Positions 63,540 through 64,000 of a stretch of DNA of 64,000 bases are shown in pieces. The notes beneath the pieces are model-generated. The model had not been told where the DNA came from. It ran no database searches and saw only the letters and a program-made list of their open reading frames with translations. The stretch lies in assembly GCA_964106645.2 (NCBI GenBank), contig OZ067044.1. The stretch is one strand, 5' to 3'. The number at the start of each line of letters is the position of its first letter. Positions within the stretch are counted from its first letter, which is position 1. The DNA comes from Podarcis pityusensis. Its lineage: Eukaryota. A program made the position numbers and the translations under genes.

Positions 63540-64000
63540 TTATTTATTTAATAAAATGTATACGCTGTATGATTGTAAAAAAAACCACAACCTTAAAGCT
63601 GTAAACAAAGTTAAAATACTAAAACTGATTGAAATTATCTCAGCTTTCTAAGCATATGGGTAGGCTTGTCCAAACAATAATGTTTTTAGCAGATGCTGAA
63701 AAGGGAATCATGAAGGTCCCTGCTTGATCTCAATAGGCAGGGAGTTCCAAAGTGCATGTTTTGCCACTCTAAATGATTGAGTTCTTACTTCTATGTGAAA
63801 CAGGTGTTATGTAGCACCTGTAGTAGTACCAATTTCACTGAACAAAGCATGTGAGTGGACACATGTGGGGTACGGTGATATCATGGGTAAACTGGTCCTA
63901 AGTCGTTAAGGGCTTTATATACTAATAGTAACACCTTGAACTTGGCCCAGTATCAAATTGGCAATCAGTGCAAATCTCTGAGCACAGGTGTTATATGCTG
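63540..64000 (-). mobile_element. Old L2 LINE 3' region (runs off the window)
   Basis: Minus strand QHITPVLRDLH*LPI*YWAKFKVLLLVYKALNDLGP matches the L2 signature HITPVL..LHWLPI..R..FK.LLL.YKAL.GLGP; AT-rich tail near 63540. Confidence 0.8.

Overview
This is eukaryotic, repeat-rich vertebrate DNA. The repeat inventory (Sauria SINE, Bov-B, (TTC)n-tailed tRNA SINE, CAGTGGTACCTC MITEs) points to a squamate, probably a lacertid lizard; that assignment is inference. The only host gene recognised is ARHGAP28: a CpG-island promoter (~52.4-53.6 kb) and first coding exon (52898-53010, + strand), followed by intron 1 to the window end. The ~52 kb upstream looks intergenic and is filled with transposable elements, many with readable target-site duplications (TSDs). 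These include two solo LTRs, two ERV-like LTR copies, four L1-clade insertions, old RTE and L2 relics, SINEs, and hAT- and Tc1/mariner-type MITEs. A near full-length but dead Bov-B lies in intron 1. The most notable observations are: (1) a 2.1-kb, TSD-flanked, polyadenylated L1 derivative that keeps the 5'UTR and an ORF1-like reading frame but only the last ~40 codons of ORF2 (a half-L1-like non-autonomous element); (2) a 5-codon uORF whose TAA overlaps the ARHGAP28 ATG (TAATG); (3) a 640-bp bipartite non-autonomous RTE derivative with a structured 5' end. Most ORFs in the supplied track are noise or antisense shadows of TE ORFs. Family names come from recalled signatures, not database searches.
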